A stretch of DNA of 64,000 nucleotides. It comes from Lingula anatina. Its lineage: Eukaryota; Animalia; Brachiopoda. Below the pieces are notes generated by a model that saw only the letters and a program-made list of their open reading frames with translations, did no database searches and had not been told where the DNA came from. This document shows, piece by piece, positions 40,701 to 54,808 of the stretch (position 1 is its first letter; every line of letters begins with the position of its first letter). The stretch lies in NCBI GenBank assembly GCA_051362555.1, contig CM120641.1:21204001-21268000 (forward strand), read 5' to 3'. The position numbers and the translations under genes were made by a program.

Positions 40701-43700
40701 TATAATATTCAGAATTCTTTTCAAAGTTTATTTATCTCTTTTATTTTTGAGGGATGAATCCTTTGCAGTTCCAAAACATACATTCTAATAAAGCAATATC
40801 CCCTTACAATTTGTAAAAAGTCTCCCATGTGTCTAAATATGACAAATTACTATTGATATTTAGACATTGGTATTCAAGATAATGAAAGAAATCTATGAAT
40901 AGTTTAGTTGTGTCCATATTTACCAATTATTCAGAGTTTTTACTAAATCAGTTGCCAACAGATAAAATCTACACACTTACTCTGCATTGCTTTGATAAGA
41001 TTTATGAACATGCCTCCATTCCAGCTTTCCAAATGAACTTTCTAAATAGTGCCTCTTACACAAAATAAGATATTCAGATTGTAAGCTTTATGCCAAAGTG
41101 AAGTTGATCTAGATGCACTGTGTGGTCATTGTTAGCCTTAGTGATCTCTTGCTTTCAAGTGAAAAATTTAAGCATCATATTGTTAGGATTTCTTACTAAA
41201 ATCTTGAATCTGGAAGCAGTGTCAGGTTGGAGTAATCATACAAGTTCACTCTTGCATGTATTCATGTTTTGGCCAAATACCTCATTTCCTTCAGTCACTA
41301 AATAAATGACAATTTGATGAATGTGATTTTTTTTTTTTTTTTTTGGGCAGATTGACTTTCTAGCTACAGGAGGTGAACTTTTGTACTTGTGTGAGCCCAG
41401 ATCTGGCTGTCACAAGTTCATGATTCTATACCCTGCACTTTAGCATATGGATCCATTGACTTCAGCAGCTTTGCACCCACAGGAGCGTGTTGTGTCGCAC
41501 TATGCTGGCAATATTGTATGAAAGCACTGATCCATACATATGTTGTTCTTCACCCTAAATTCATATGAACAACCCTTGTGTTTGTTAAGTCAAAATGCAA
41601 AGTGAAGGGGTAACACCTGGATTTTTTTTCTGTCATTGATCACAAAACTGGAAACGAACCTTTCATTGTCGTGAATTTATTTTTTAGATTACGCTGAAAA
41701 ACTCCTTACAAATCATTTTTAAAATGGATCTTTAATCCAAGGACTAAGCAATTTTTTCACTGCAGAGGATCCAAAGTAAGGTTAGACAAGAGCAATAATA
41801 AAGATTTGTTGTGACCAACTTTAGCATGCAATAGGTTTTTGCTGATGATAGCATTCCAACACGATTTTAACTTGACACGGGGCATCTTTTTGAAAATATT
41901 CCATTTGTTGGAGTTGATGTTTGTGAAAATATTTCTATTAGACAAGAGCTTCCATGTAGGGCAAGACTAAAATATATTTCTAAAGAGAACAATTGGTAAC
42001 TGGAGGAAGGTTTTTGCAGAAGAGGCAGATGGTTCCCCACAGAATTAGTTCACTACCTTGCTCTCTTGGTGTTAAACTAAGTGCCTTTTTAGTTAGGGTA
42101 AAATTGGTTTCGCACAACATGTGAAAGTGCAGTTTAAAGTAGCAACAACACTGAAGAGAAAAAAATAATTTCAAGATGGCAAAATTTCATGCCGTTAATT
42201 CCTTTAGATTAACATTGTTGTTTTATATCCTGGAATAGGCCAATACATCTTTAAAAACTCTGAAGGAACCATCCTTTTGCTCTGGAAAAGGATCACTCTG
42301 AATAGATGTAGATTCTATTACAATATGGGAAAAAGTTCCACCTGCCTTTGAAAAAGTTGGCTGCAGACCTTTACGGTGCAATCCAGAAAAGAAATTTGAC
42401 ATTTTAACTCGTAACTTTACAATGATACCCATCCATAAGTCAAAACTGTCAAAATGTGGATAATATCATTGCTGCTGACACGATGTCCAAACACCTGTTT
42501 ATCAGTGTTATTATCTTTAGTCTGCAAGAACATATTTGATGTGATAAAAATTGTTATTTTAGCACAATCTGAATCTTATTTACCCCAAAGGGTTGAAATA
42601 TAATGTCTTAAGTATGATATATTCACAATTTGTCAGCAAGATAGTATCACTAGGGTGAGTATGCTAGCAACTTGACTTTTGCATTACAGTTTGTTTCCAT
42701 AAGGAATAATGACATTATTAAAGATTATTAGATGTTTAGGCATGAGTCTTCATCTTATGAACTTCTAGCATAATACAGTTTTGGGCAATTCCCTATTCAT
42801 GCTTCAAAGTTGCAATGCAGTTTGCTCCTTACATAAAGGCCATCCATAAGCATTATATTGCACAGCATACAAGGGCATGTAGTATATTAGATGGTACCCT
42901 GGTTTCTGAGGATTTGACTCTTCCCTACATGCTGTTCAACAGGGAATTTTCTAATTTTAGGCGATTTTAGTCCCACTCAGTCACTTCGATGCACATGATT
43001 TCATGTAAGATTCTCTGATTTTAATGACCATTTTGTCTTTACCCATTCACACCCCTCTTTATAGCACATTTCATGATGTCGACATCACATTCAGTATATT
43101 CATATGTAAGCAACAAATTAAAGATAAGATGTTTAAAAATGCTTAGAAATGATTTCCATTTTTACAACCTATTTTAAGTTTTCAGGAAGCATGTTTGAAA
43201 AGCTACATGGTAAGATATGATGTCTACCTGTATAACAGATATGGAGCAGGAGTTCCTTGTGATAATGATTTCATTGGAGACATTGGAGACAATGATCCAT
43301 TTTTTATTCAAGTGAACGTTTTCACAGGACATGTTTTGTGTGAGTTATGACCTAATACAGGCAGTTGAGCATACAGAAAGAGACAGGTTTATTGCCCTAC
43401 TACAGTCTCTCTGTAATTTATGCTTTTTAATTTTACAAATTTTTTCTGCTTAAAAACTATTAATCATTTGCTCAGGCCATGGTAAGGACACCCAAAAGTG
43501 TATGGCAAAGTGAAATTTTGAGCTGATTTTTTTATAACTATCTTTCAACTAGAATTCAAGTTTTTGAATTATGAAGGCTACTTGTTTCCAAAGGAAGAAA
43601 GGGCAGGCACATTCCAGTGGTACTGTAGAAAAAAGGGGGTTTTATTACTGAATTTATGTACACACAAGTCTGATTGATTGGGTCTCAGTTGAATTCCATT

Positions 43701-46056
43701 GCAATACCACAGTAAAGAAAGGCAAAATGGCTCTGGTTTCAAAGTTTCCGCAAAGATGTCCAATTTCTTATGGGATAACATTTATGTCTTTGATCATGTA
43801 TCACACCTGCTTGATGCCGAAGGTTTCTGCAGTTGTCCCTGGCAATGGCTGTAGATAGCTCTGGCAGCATTTAGAAACGTCACAAGGGCATTGTGGTCAG
43901 CAATTACATATCAATTATGAAAAAATAACAGTATACAGTGACATTGAAATAGATAGAAATAGAAAACTGTTTGAGATGCAGCATTCTTGAAATGTTTTTC
44001 AATATCAGAAAGCATTCTGTAAATATTAGGCTTCTGCTTGAAATGAATAGATAATGAAATCCTTTGTTTCCACGCCTACATCTCCTTAATCTAAGGTTTA
44101 ATCAAGAGCTCTAGAGCTTTGTTGGCTGTGGAAGGTGTAATCAAGTGAACACGATTGGACTGGAGGTTTTCTGATCTTCTGTGTGGGTTTTGTTTTTATG
44201 AAGTGTGGAGAAATGATGGCTTGGCCTCTGATATTTACCTTCCATTTACATGCTTAACAAGTCACTGGTTCATGCCTTCTAGGTCAAGTCCAGTTCAGAC
44301 AAGTTTGTACTTTAAATGAAAAGGAGCCAAAAACAAGGCACTAGATAACCAGCATACATAGCCAGTAATTAAAAGACGAAATACAGTAGGGTGTCATTGT
44401 GATCTCGCTCTGCTCAAACACACTTCTATGTGTAATCAAACTTTCTAATTCTATATTGATCAGTTTGTCTTATGACAAATTTTTGATGCAGTTCCATTCC
44501 CATTTGGACCTTGTCTGACTTGTATGTTGCTACCAGCACAACTATATCAAGTTTTAAGATAGGTCGATTGTTTTATATCAGTATAAGTATTTTTTTAATG
44601 AATTATTTTTGTATTCATAGAAAAAAGGCAAATGAAATGATAACACATCTTCAACAAAATATCCTGGTTGTTGACTTATATCAACTTGCATATTAACTTC
44701 CATAAAATATGTATTTAAATTATTAATTAATAATAAATTATAATTTTAGCGATGATAGAATAACCCAGGTTACAGTATATACACAGCAGATGAGCATTTT
44801 TGACTGAAAAATGGTAAAATGTAAATATGCCATGAAAACAATTCAATCCTCAAACTAAACCAGTGCCTCAAAAATGTTTTTAGATTTGATTTTATTTGCA
44901 AGCAAGGTAAAATGTTGAAAATCTGCATACTGGAAATCAGAAACACAGTATGTATATTTGAAACTAATTTTAATTTCAGACTATTTCTTTTTTAAAATAA
45001 ATGTGTATGAATAGACCTTTTTTTTGTATCTTCTACACATTTTTTTCTTTTTCATTTTGTGATAGAGTTTCAACAACAGAAAATTTCGTTTTGCCTTTTA
45101 AAACCTTGCTTATATGTAAACTTCATGTGAGATCACTTATTTTTATTTTTTATAGGATGGTTGTCATAATATTTTTATGTACCATATATTATTTTTTTGG
45201 TAAATTTTAATGGTATTTTTTTCTAAAAAGCAAAAACTACAAATTGATTTATTACAGATATATGAATATTTTTGATACCCTTGCTTCTTGCCTCTTTATA
45301 TTCTATAAATTAAGGACCATAACTGATAGAGATAATGTTGTGTCTAGGTAGCAGATAGGACTATTACTAACCAGCATCAAATTCTATATTTTAGAATTAA
45401 GTATAATCTTACCTTATCATCTAGCCTGGTCTTCTTTTTGGTGGTTGCCATCCTCCTCAGTGCAGCTCACCTCAAGCTGATGAAATGTATCTCACCAATT
45501 TCGGAAAAGAATGTGTTTCTGTCTTTAGATTTCAATATGGTGACTGCCTTTAGAAAATGAACCGTGGAAAAAAAAGGAAATTCAATGGCCACCAGACATC
45601 CCATTTCCTGTTGGAAGCCTCCACCTTGTCATTTAGTTAACATTAGGGAATAGCATGTAATCTCAAATTATATTTGTTCCTAACAAACAACATGGCCCTA
45701 CAATGTACCCCAGAAGAATCTCATTGTTCTCAGGGTAGGTAAATAGTTTTGCCACCAATTAAAATTCTTATGGGTAAAGAACGTGGAAGGGGAAACCTTC
45801 AGAGCCAAACCTGGTGTCAAATTTGCAGAAGGGAAGGGTCACTTGGCTCAGGGGTGATGTATAGAGTTTCTCCACTATAAGACAATGAATTGGCCTCTCA
45901 TTTTAGATTTGTGATTTCTTTGGTTTGAATGTGAAAAACTTTTTAACCATAACTTGACTGAGGTTTTTTATTTTATTTTTTTTCATGCACAGCCATAAAG
46001 ATTTATTTGATGCAATGTCAATAAAATGTATTGGGCTGACAATAACCAGTAGTCAG

Positions 46057-46124
<68 letters not shown>

Positions 46125-49100
46125 CTCCCCCCCCCACACACACACATCTTTCTATTAGCATCCTCATTGTTCAAAAACCAATAAAGATACATGAAAATAA
46201 CATGGTTTAGAACTTATATTGAAAGTTCTTATTGCTGAGATTAAAAATACCCTAGGGGTGGCTGGACTTTTGTTTTCTGGCAGGCACCTGTTCTTTTTTG
46301 GAGCCCCTTTATGTGACATTGTGTTTAATAATTAATATCTGGCTTTGATAGAACATTTATCATGTATTTGTTGTGTGGTGTGCAAATTGACTCATTTTGT
46401 AGGACTACTATTTGGCACATTAAGGAGGCTTTTCTCTGTCAATGTTGACTCATGGTGACATGTACACAGTGAAACAGTCTGTTAACAAGAGGCAGTTTTT
46501 TATACCACCAGGTGGCAGTGGTGTCTTCATGCCACCATAAATTCACAGGTTTTGCCCGCTTTTGTTGTAACAGGTTTTCTTCCCCAATATTTGCGGATAG
46601 TTGCAGGCTTCTATTAATAAATCAGAATGCAAAGAAATCAGTGAAATTGGGATTATGAAAAGCTGACTGTGTAATGAGTATCTCAGATCTATGTTTAGCA
46701 GATAATGAATACAGCCTATAAATTATAAAAAGGGATGTTAAGCCCATAGCTGCCAAGATGACAAACAAAAAGTTTAAGCCTATTAACCACAATAATTTGT
46801 CACAAAAATAATAGGAATCAAATTAAATGTCATCGTACAAGGGGAAATGTAAATTGCACAGAAGTTTCATTTATTTGTTTGCCATTACTCACAGTATGAT
46901 AAGATAATACTGCCTTTTCCGTTTTACTCCCGATTTCGTACAGTTTTGTCATGGTAGCTGGAATTTAGGGTGGACATTGTACGTCATTCAGTTTATGATA
47001 GTAGCACTTCGAAACAGGAAGCCTGATAAACTTTGCTCTAGTAGGCTTGTGGTGTGAATTTATTTCTGTTATCAGTGCAAATAGGACAACTGCATGTTAT
47101 CGCTGTTGATAGGGGCTGATCCCTCCGCATGAACAAATTTGTGCAGGAATCTTGCCAGCACACATATTAACCGTTCATTTGTTTAAACTGCCTATCGAAA
47201 AGTTGACTAAGGCTTGTTGAAGTGCTGGGGAAATATTTTCACATTGATAACATTTGTGAATGAAGATGGCATTGGTCTTACTCCTAAAACAACATCCAGT
47301 TATGTTAAAGCACCATGAAGAATATACAATGCTGAGGGTTCAGGTTTTTCTCCCGTCCCCCATCTTGCTGGCGTTCTTGAATATTGAACTTTGTCACTGT
47401 GATAAAGTAATAACATGCGCAATCCATTGTCGCCTAGGCGGACCTTGCGGTAATATAGATTCCACCTGTACAGAGAGGACCTGAGAAGGATTAGGGGAGA
47501 TAAACAGTTATTACATGGCCGAGGCTGTGTCAATAACAAAACTTGTCAGGAATATAAATGAGATCCTTTGCATATTATTAACTTGTAGAACTTCAGAACC
47601 TTAAGCTGGTGCTTACTGCAACTTTTGCCTCCATCTGAAAGAGGTCCACTCAAAAATGACCCCTTTTTCGCGATTTTTAAGAGTTTATGATGAAAGCTTA
47701 TTGGTTGTTTGATATCGCTGTCTGACATCTGATTGACAGGGGGGCAGTTGGGTTAGAGGCGGTGTGGTTGAACTTTGAAATGTGGCGTGGTGTGATAAAT
47801 TTAGAGATATACAAGTCTAACTTAAAGAGTTCATATAAGATTATCCGTGCAAACAGTTTATGGGCTAACATTGATGTCCTTGTATTGAACAGTATTTTTA
47901 TTGTGCTGTCCTTAAAACCATTGTTTTTGTGTAATGTTATCTCATCTTGTACCAAGAAAACAATTGTTATTTGTAAAAAAAAATGTTAATGACATCAGCA
48001 GTTTTTCATGTTTCTGTATTTTTTCTTAATGATTTCAAATTGTATCTGTTCAATCATGTCTTTGTGGAGCTTTCCATGATATTTTAATGACATATTAATC
48101 TTTTTACATCAATAGGATGGTGATATAATATATTTCTTGCCATTCTATCTTTGATTTTATTCATTATGATACATTTGAATTTTCATAAAATAGAGGATTA
48201 TGGGGAAAAAGTTGTAAAAGGGAAAGATGTTATTGTTGCTTGTGGAAATCAGAAATACCATTTATAAAATTTATTTTCTTTCACTTTTTTATTATCTTTT
48301 TCTTTGAAAGGATAAACTTCTTTTACTAACTATGAAGAATGACTCATATCTCACGCCCCACATTTTAACTGTAGGACCCTTATCTCATGTTGGCAACCGC
48401 TTGATGAAAAAGAAAGCAATGCGTAACTTTTTAAATATATAGATATATGTGTGTGTGGGTTTGCATAGATATTCCTAAAGAAATGGTGTGTATAGAGTTA
48501 GCCTCAGTCAAGTTATGAATAGTCCTCCCTTGCATTGGAGTAACACGGGAGCATTTGAGTTAATATTTAACACCAGTAAATAAATAAACAAATGAACAAG
48601 CCATTATGCTATCTAAGTAAAACATTACAAGATTCTTTCATTGTAGATGTTGATACTTGAACGTGGCTGGTCAATATGAACAGTTGACTTCAAATGTTTT
48701 TAAAGGCACTCTAGTTCAACATGTGTGTCTGTATATCTCAGGATTAGCCACTGTGTACTCTCTCTTGTTCTTCATCTCGATATTTTTGTGAACTTACAAA
48801 ATATTGAACTAGGGCTAACAGCTATTTTAATCCAATCAACAGCCATAATTTTCTTTACCAACAACTCAAATTATTTGCCTGGGTGAATCAATCTCTCCAC
48901 GATAAACACTCCACTCTAAAGTGATAATATTTGAATTATGGAGATAAAGTCGTGTTTTATAATATTTGATCATCAAATTTCAGCCTTTTCCCAATTCAGG
49001 CCAGTGCACATCCTGTATTTGTATTGAGATGTGGCTACGCTTCATTAGGGCTGATTAAAATGCTGAATCCCAGTACAGGCAGCTTTCTGTCCAAAAGTCG

Positions 49101-52100
49101 GGTATTTAGGGAGGGAATTGAATCACTTTCTATGTGTGAGCGGGTAACTGATGAATCCTGATTCAAATAGACGTATTGTCATTTGATTGACGCACCATAT
49201 TAGGAATCTCACAAGTAGAGAGAAAGTATTTAACCATCTACTCGAGACTTTTGAAGGTTTTATTTTTGTTGGGGGTACTGCTATAATTGCTTTTGTGTCC
49301 CCTTTCACCTGAAGTGGGCTAGCTGGGATAGAGTTTAGCACTACTGGTAAAACAAGGCTTTTGTTAACTTTGTTCATAACTTCTACACAGGCATCAGGAC
49401 TATTGTTCCCTGCCATTAATGTCATTGTAATTCCATTCGCTATTTGTTGACTCAATCGTCAGGTAACGGGGCACCAGTCTCCCTGTGTACACAGTGTTTA
49501 GCACTATTGATTGGGCTTAATTGAGTCTTCGTGTGAGCTTTGCTCAGTTTCCCTTGCCGGGCCCTTCAATCTGTCAATCCCTTGCCTGTCATGACGAGCA
49601 TGTATATTCCCCAGCTTACAGCCGGGCATGCAAATTGCCATGAGAACGGCATGAAATCAAATAGAACAGATACTACACGTTGTCATGTATAGTTGCAGGG
49701 TTTTTACAGATCTCTATTATTGTTGGTCCATATCTATGTCTAGTGGTTGAAGTGAGCACAATGACACCAATAATGGTGTCCATTTCTTTTCTGACCGCTA
49801 CAGACATCGTGGCGCCACTGACCATTGATATTTGATTGTGGCAAATGGACATCATTATACCTTTTAAGCATACTCTATATGTGCATGTGTGCATATCATG
49901 ACTAAGTTTGTTTTAATGTATTTCAACCATTTATGTGCTCTTGTGATATTTATTAATGAAAAGCAAATAATACGGGAAAGGAATCACCGAAATTCTGACG
50001 TCAGCTTGGCCATCTGTCTCGGCCTCATCCAACTTGGGTTTCTGATCTTCTGGATGGAAACTGGAACATTGCCTCTGTGAATGAAGAAGTCAACACTTTT
50101 GCCAATATTTATTGTTTGCTATATGTAGTGTGTGGCATTGTGAATAAAGCTGGTATCTAACAGGTGATTGTATTGTGCTACTTTCTGCCTCATTAACTCT
50201 TCAATAGTCTTATCAAACAGAGAATTTAAGGCCTTTATCCTCCCACAACAGGTTTTAATTGCTGAGAAGGAACCATACTGCGGATGGCAAACTCTGCAGG
50301 AGAAATGAGCAAAACTCTTACGCTGTTTATTCACAGTGTGTGTAAATTTATACAAATTTTGCATTGCATGCACACTAATGTATGCTCAAATATAGTCCAA
50401 CAGATGAATCAATATAGTAAATAGCACAATAGCATGTGTAATTAAAATATCGATTGGCGAGTGAGTTGACAGTGCAGATATAAATAAAGAATGAGGTAAC
50501 TTTGCAACCTTGTAGTGGACTATGGTAAAAAGTTCCCTTCATGTGTTACATAAGGAACAAGCACAGTCCAATAGTAATGGTGAAAATTAATGAGAATTTT
50601 GTCCAATTGGGTCAACCAATTAAAACATGTGGTCAGTTTCTCATTTCCATCCATTCATAAATTTGTTGATTAAGATGAGTGAGAAAACAATGGTGTCTAC
50701 CTTTTAATATTTATTATGATGGAATATTTCAGTATAATCGATGTTTGCACATTTCAAAAGTATCAGTGAAATACTTCATGATTATAAAACATGAGTCTCC
50801 TTTTTTTAAAACTTTGATCCATTTGATATTTAGTGGGTGATAACAGAATAAAGTTTTGATGGTATGGATTTTTAAGTTCATTTAAGCTTATTTGATGCTG
50901 GCGTGGTTTGTTTTTTTATGTTGTTTTGTGTAGTGCATATTTATTCTTTTGCATTTTTTCCAAAAGCCAATTATTTGTAAAATTTGGTATAGAAAGGTAC
51001 ATATTTGTTTCCTTTCTTCCTGGTTTTTTAGTTGATTTGGCAAAAACATCCTGGGGTAGCGCTAACACTTGCCAATTTAGCCAAATGCTAAAACTGACTA
51101 AAATTGGCTAAAAAAAAATAGGGTTGATTGGACTTGTTTTACTTAAAGTTAAACCATTTTGTGAAAAAAAGCAATGAAAAAGTAGTGATTTGACTAAGTG
51201 AGTAAAAATTGCTAGTGCTACCCCAGACATCATATCATCCATAATGTCAACATTGGCTCCCCATAAAATTTTTTCACGTATGATTTTACCCTTTTCAAGA
51301 AAGAAACTCATGGTTTTTAATTTGAATTTTTCATATTTTTAAATGTCTTTCTTCCATTTGAATTTTTGACTCTAGTATACATTTTTTTAGTCCAATAAGT
51401 ATCTCTTACAAAAGTAAAGAAGGTGCAGTGACATGCAGTCCTCAAAATGTATTGTATATCTGATGGATAAACCATTTATGGTTTGCCTTGATTTGAAAGA
51501 AAACAGCAACAGTGCTGGTGGTTATAGCAACATCTCCCTTTTTGAAAATAACATGTAGCTTAAAGCCACCATAACCTCATTTTCCTCACAGAATGCATAA
51601 TCCATTAGCCACTAATGAAAATTTAACAGCTGATTTTTTTTCACATCCCAACTGTTGTGAATGGATTATTTTTACCAAGGTTTCATTGCCTCTGTGCTCT
51701 GCCTTTCCCTCTTTTCTTCCCTCTTTCCCAGTGTATGCACTACTGCTGTAAGCAACCCAATCCTCCGATTCCATCCCCACGTAAACCTCCATTGCCCCCC
51801 CTTATAATCAGACCATGCCCCAATACCTTTGTAAAATGCAGAGAAAATCTCTGAATTGGGAGAAACTATAGCTTTCCCTCAACAAGTGTTTGTTTGTTCT
51901 CCTCTTTGGTGCCAGTGGAGGGTACAATGGAGAAGCTGTCACACTGTATTTTGACTAAAGCTCAGCGGCACACCCTCAAGGGTATTAACCAGGCTCCAGT
52001 CAGAGAGAAAATCCCGCTTTATGCACCTTTAGGATTACCATCCAGGGAATTACTTGCATTTGCATGCTGACAAGAGTGTGGGAGACCCTGTTTTTGACTG

Positions 52101-53194
52101 AGGGAACTGGCCACTTTGCCTCCAGAAGAGTCCTTGTCATACATACAGTTGTGCCCAAGCTTAATTTCAAACTTGTTCACTGTCTCAATAGGTGGATCTT
52201 GATGCAGCTTAAAAGGGATTCCACTTTCGGAATGGAGATCAATTGGTTGGAGCAGTTGATTGAGTTGCAATACAAGCCCAAATTTTTAATTTCAATACCT
52301 TAAGAGGATTTTGGAGTCTTTCGCTCCACTGTTAAAGTGGGCATATGAATGCCATAAATATCCTTCACCGTTTTAGTCTTTTATTATAGTGCCTGTCTGG
52401 TTATAACTTTGCCCATTATTTTTATCTTCACCTCAAGAGAACAACAAAGGGTCTACGGCTCACCTGAGAGGTTTAGGACCATAGAGAAATGTAACATCAG
52501 TGTCCTTACCTACAACAAAATCTAATGAAGCTCTATCCTCTGGCTTTACCCATGCCACTACAGTGCCCCATCTTACATTTTTCTTTTAATTATAATATAT
52601 GGCAAAATCTCTCATATCAGTCGTCTTTCATTAATATTTTCTGCTAATACAGAGGGTTTTTTTATTATTTATTCAAAAATGATGTAGTATTTATAATGAA
52701 AAGGCAACCCCTCTCCAATTCAACTGATCTATGGTCATGTAACAATTTTGTCATTTATTAAGATTTTCATAACAATTGGAATTTAATTTCAATAGCAAAT
52801 TTACAAAAGACAAAGGACATTGCTGAATGTATTAAATTATAATTAGATTTACAATTTGTCTTCTTTGAAACTTTTTTCAACAAGTTTTACGCCTATTCAA
52901 TTTCTGTTAGAATGTTGAAATTTTTTTGTGCAATTCAAACATAGAAGTTAAAAAAAGTAGTTTTAATTCAAAAAGTTGAATATAACTTGTTTTATTGTTA
53001 TAACTTAATGAAAGCATGCTTTAATTTTATTTTATTTCTTTCCAGGCAAAGCTTCTGGCGACCCAGCAAGAGAGGGACATGGCACTGGCAAAGGCTAGAA
53101 AGATGGAAGAGGAAATGCAGAACATCAGGGTCTATTATAGGTAATAATGGTGAAGATTATCAAACTCTCAAACTAAATTATTAATTGACTATGA

Positions 53195-53237
<43 letters not shown>

Positions 53238-54808
53238 GATCCACATTTACTAAGAAGTTTACTCATTTACTCAGAAGGTTAAAAGAGTAAATATAAATTT
53301 TAGAAAATGACAAAAAGTATTTTTCAATGTTTTTAAAAAAATTATTTTTTCCACCAAACTGATCAGTTTCGTTATATTTTCCAGCAAGACTGAAAATTAA
53401 AAGAAAACTGATTGTTATGTGAAAAACCATATTGAAATATTTTTTTGTAAATGATATTTGGAATAACAAAACTGCCACAGTCCTGTACACTGTACATGTA
53501 CTTCTATAAGTGTTGTATCGCTGACCTTTTTGGCAGACGTTTATTAACAGCATTTTTCTCCTTATTTTTAGCCTTCATAAGTCGCTGTCTCAAGAAGCTA
53601 ACATGCGCGATCAATTCAACAACACCCTTGGTAACATCGAAGTCCAACTAAAGCAGAAAGAGGCTGTATACGAAAAGGTGCAGAAAGATAGCAACCAACT
53701 GTTGGCACGCCTCAAAGGGGTACAGATGGAGAAAGAGCAAGCGATGGCCGAACTAAACAAATCCAGGATGGCACAGAAAGAGGCTGAAGAAAATGCAGAA
53801 AAGTATGTTCAATTTATTTTTATTATTTTAGAAATTTTTTGGTACTTGAACAGACTAATCCTCTTGTGCTAAGTGTAATGTTGATATTAAAAAAAGTTTT
53901 AATCTATTAAAATTTAGGCTTGAACCATAATTGTTCTTTGTCTATTGTGCAGCATAAGATCTGAGGAATATCTCTCTGTTTATTCAAATTACAAAAGGCC
54001 TCCATAATATTGTTTGGTTTATTGACTTCACTTAAACATAAATTGACTTCAGGTTGATTGAAATTATGTCACTGATTATAGCCAGTGTCAACTTTCTGAA
54101 AGAAGTTAGTCTGTATATCAGTAACAGGTCAGATATTAATGGCCTGTAGTAGTTTCACCATTTAGTATGGTATTACTTGACTCATTTTTTGCTACATGAA
54201 ACCCCATCTCAGAATATTGGGGCAGAAATTGGTGCCTTTGTTGATATTGTAGAAGTCAGACACAGATGCTAGCATGTTACAATTGGATATAATACAGACA
54301 AAAGTTTTATGCATACTAATGGCACCAGCCATTCCGGTGAAGCTGAATACAGTCTTTCTCCTCTGTGTGTACTAACGTTTAGATGTATTTACCAATATTT
54401 TCATAGTGCTGATGAATGGCTGCCTTACCTGCAAGCTACCGAATATGGGCCGTAAAAAACTTAATGTGCTTCGATTTATCTCATTTTTCAGTTGGTAATA
54501 TTAAAATAACTGAGCCTGAGGGATCAACATGTGATTTGTCCTTCAATGCTGCATAACCCTCTCAGCCTCTTGGTCCCCTTTAGACGGACTGCTATTTTGG
54601 AAGGAAATATTATATTTTAGGCAAACACTTTGCATTGAATGTGAAAGTATTTAGTCTCCCTTGCTCCCTCAGGGAGCAAATGTTTGAAAAAACATTAATT
54701 TACCCAGTGAGTATTTTTGTGGCATTTTTTTATTTTTTCAGAATGGAGAGACTGGTAAATGTATTGCGTCGCAAGATCAGTGGACTTGGGATGAAACCCG
54801 ATGACTGA
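31720..54808 (+). CDS. MIPOL1: Mirror-image polydactyly 1 homolog (coiled-coil protein, ~693 aa, 12 exons)
   Basis: Exons 31720-31883, 32812-33012, 33662-33756, 34201-34895, 35084-35189, 35646-35775, 36671-36710, 37072-37242, 39883-39969, 53046-53140, 53572-53802, 54742-54808 (TGA) join in frame. Recognised MIPOL1 blocks: ALVEELYRAQKERDA...RLRLANEERDEA, ITMEEMKAILEERDA, KMEEEMQNIRVYYSLHKSLSQEANMRDQFN, MERLVNVLRRK. Confidence 0.92.
32066..32222. mobile_element. Short foldback-type element with 16-bp subterminal repeats
   Basis: ccgaaggttcattggt units on the left and their reverse complement (ttcggaccaatgaaccttcggacta) on the right. Confidence 0.75.
40120..42900 (-). pseudogene. Heavily decayed leucine-rich-repeat receptor (Toll-like) relic inside MIPOL1 intron 9
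   Basis: Minus-strand fragments in order: TCPCMLC, ITSNMFLQT, CLDI/SSNDIIHI, STSIQSDPF, LSNLTLDPLQ*KNC/LSPWIK (LRRCT-like), GCSYEF..ICMDQCF..CD..SCGC (Cys cluster), VNLYDYSNLTLLPDSRF, LESWNGGMFINL, FFHYLEYQCLNINSNLSYLDT, NMMQIRPELLVGL, hydrophobic CLFCLVLALINFA. Many stops and frameshifts. Confidence 0.45.
46058..46146. repeat. Compound (CT)n(CA)n microsatellite
   Basis: Directly visible run. Confidence 0.95.
46505..46520 (+). promoter_or_regulatory. CTCF-consensus motif
   Basis: ccaccaggtggcagtg fits the CTCF core CCASYAGRKGGCR. Confidence 0.5.
51051..51226. mobile_element. MITE with ~17-bp TIR and 5-bp TSD
   Basis: acatc|ctggggtagcgctaaca ... tgctagtgctaccccag|acatc. Confidence 0.8.
53195..53237. 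repeat. (ATT)n microsatellite
   Basis: Directly visible run. Confidence 0.95.
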
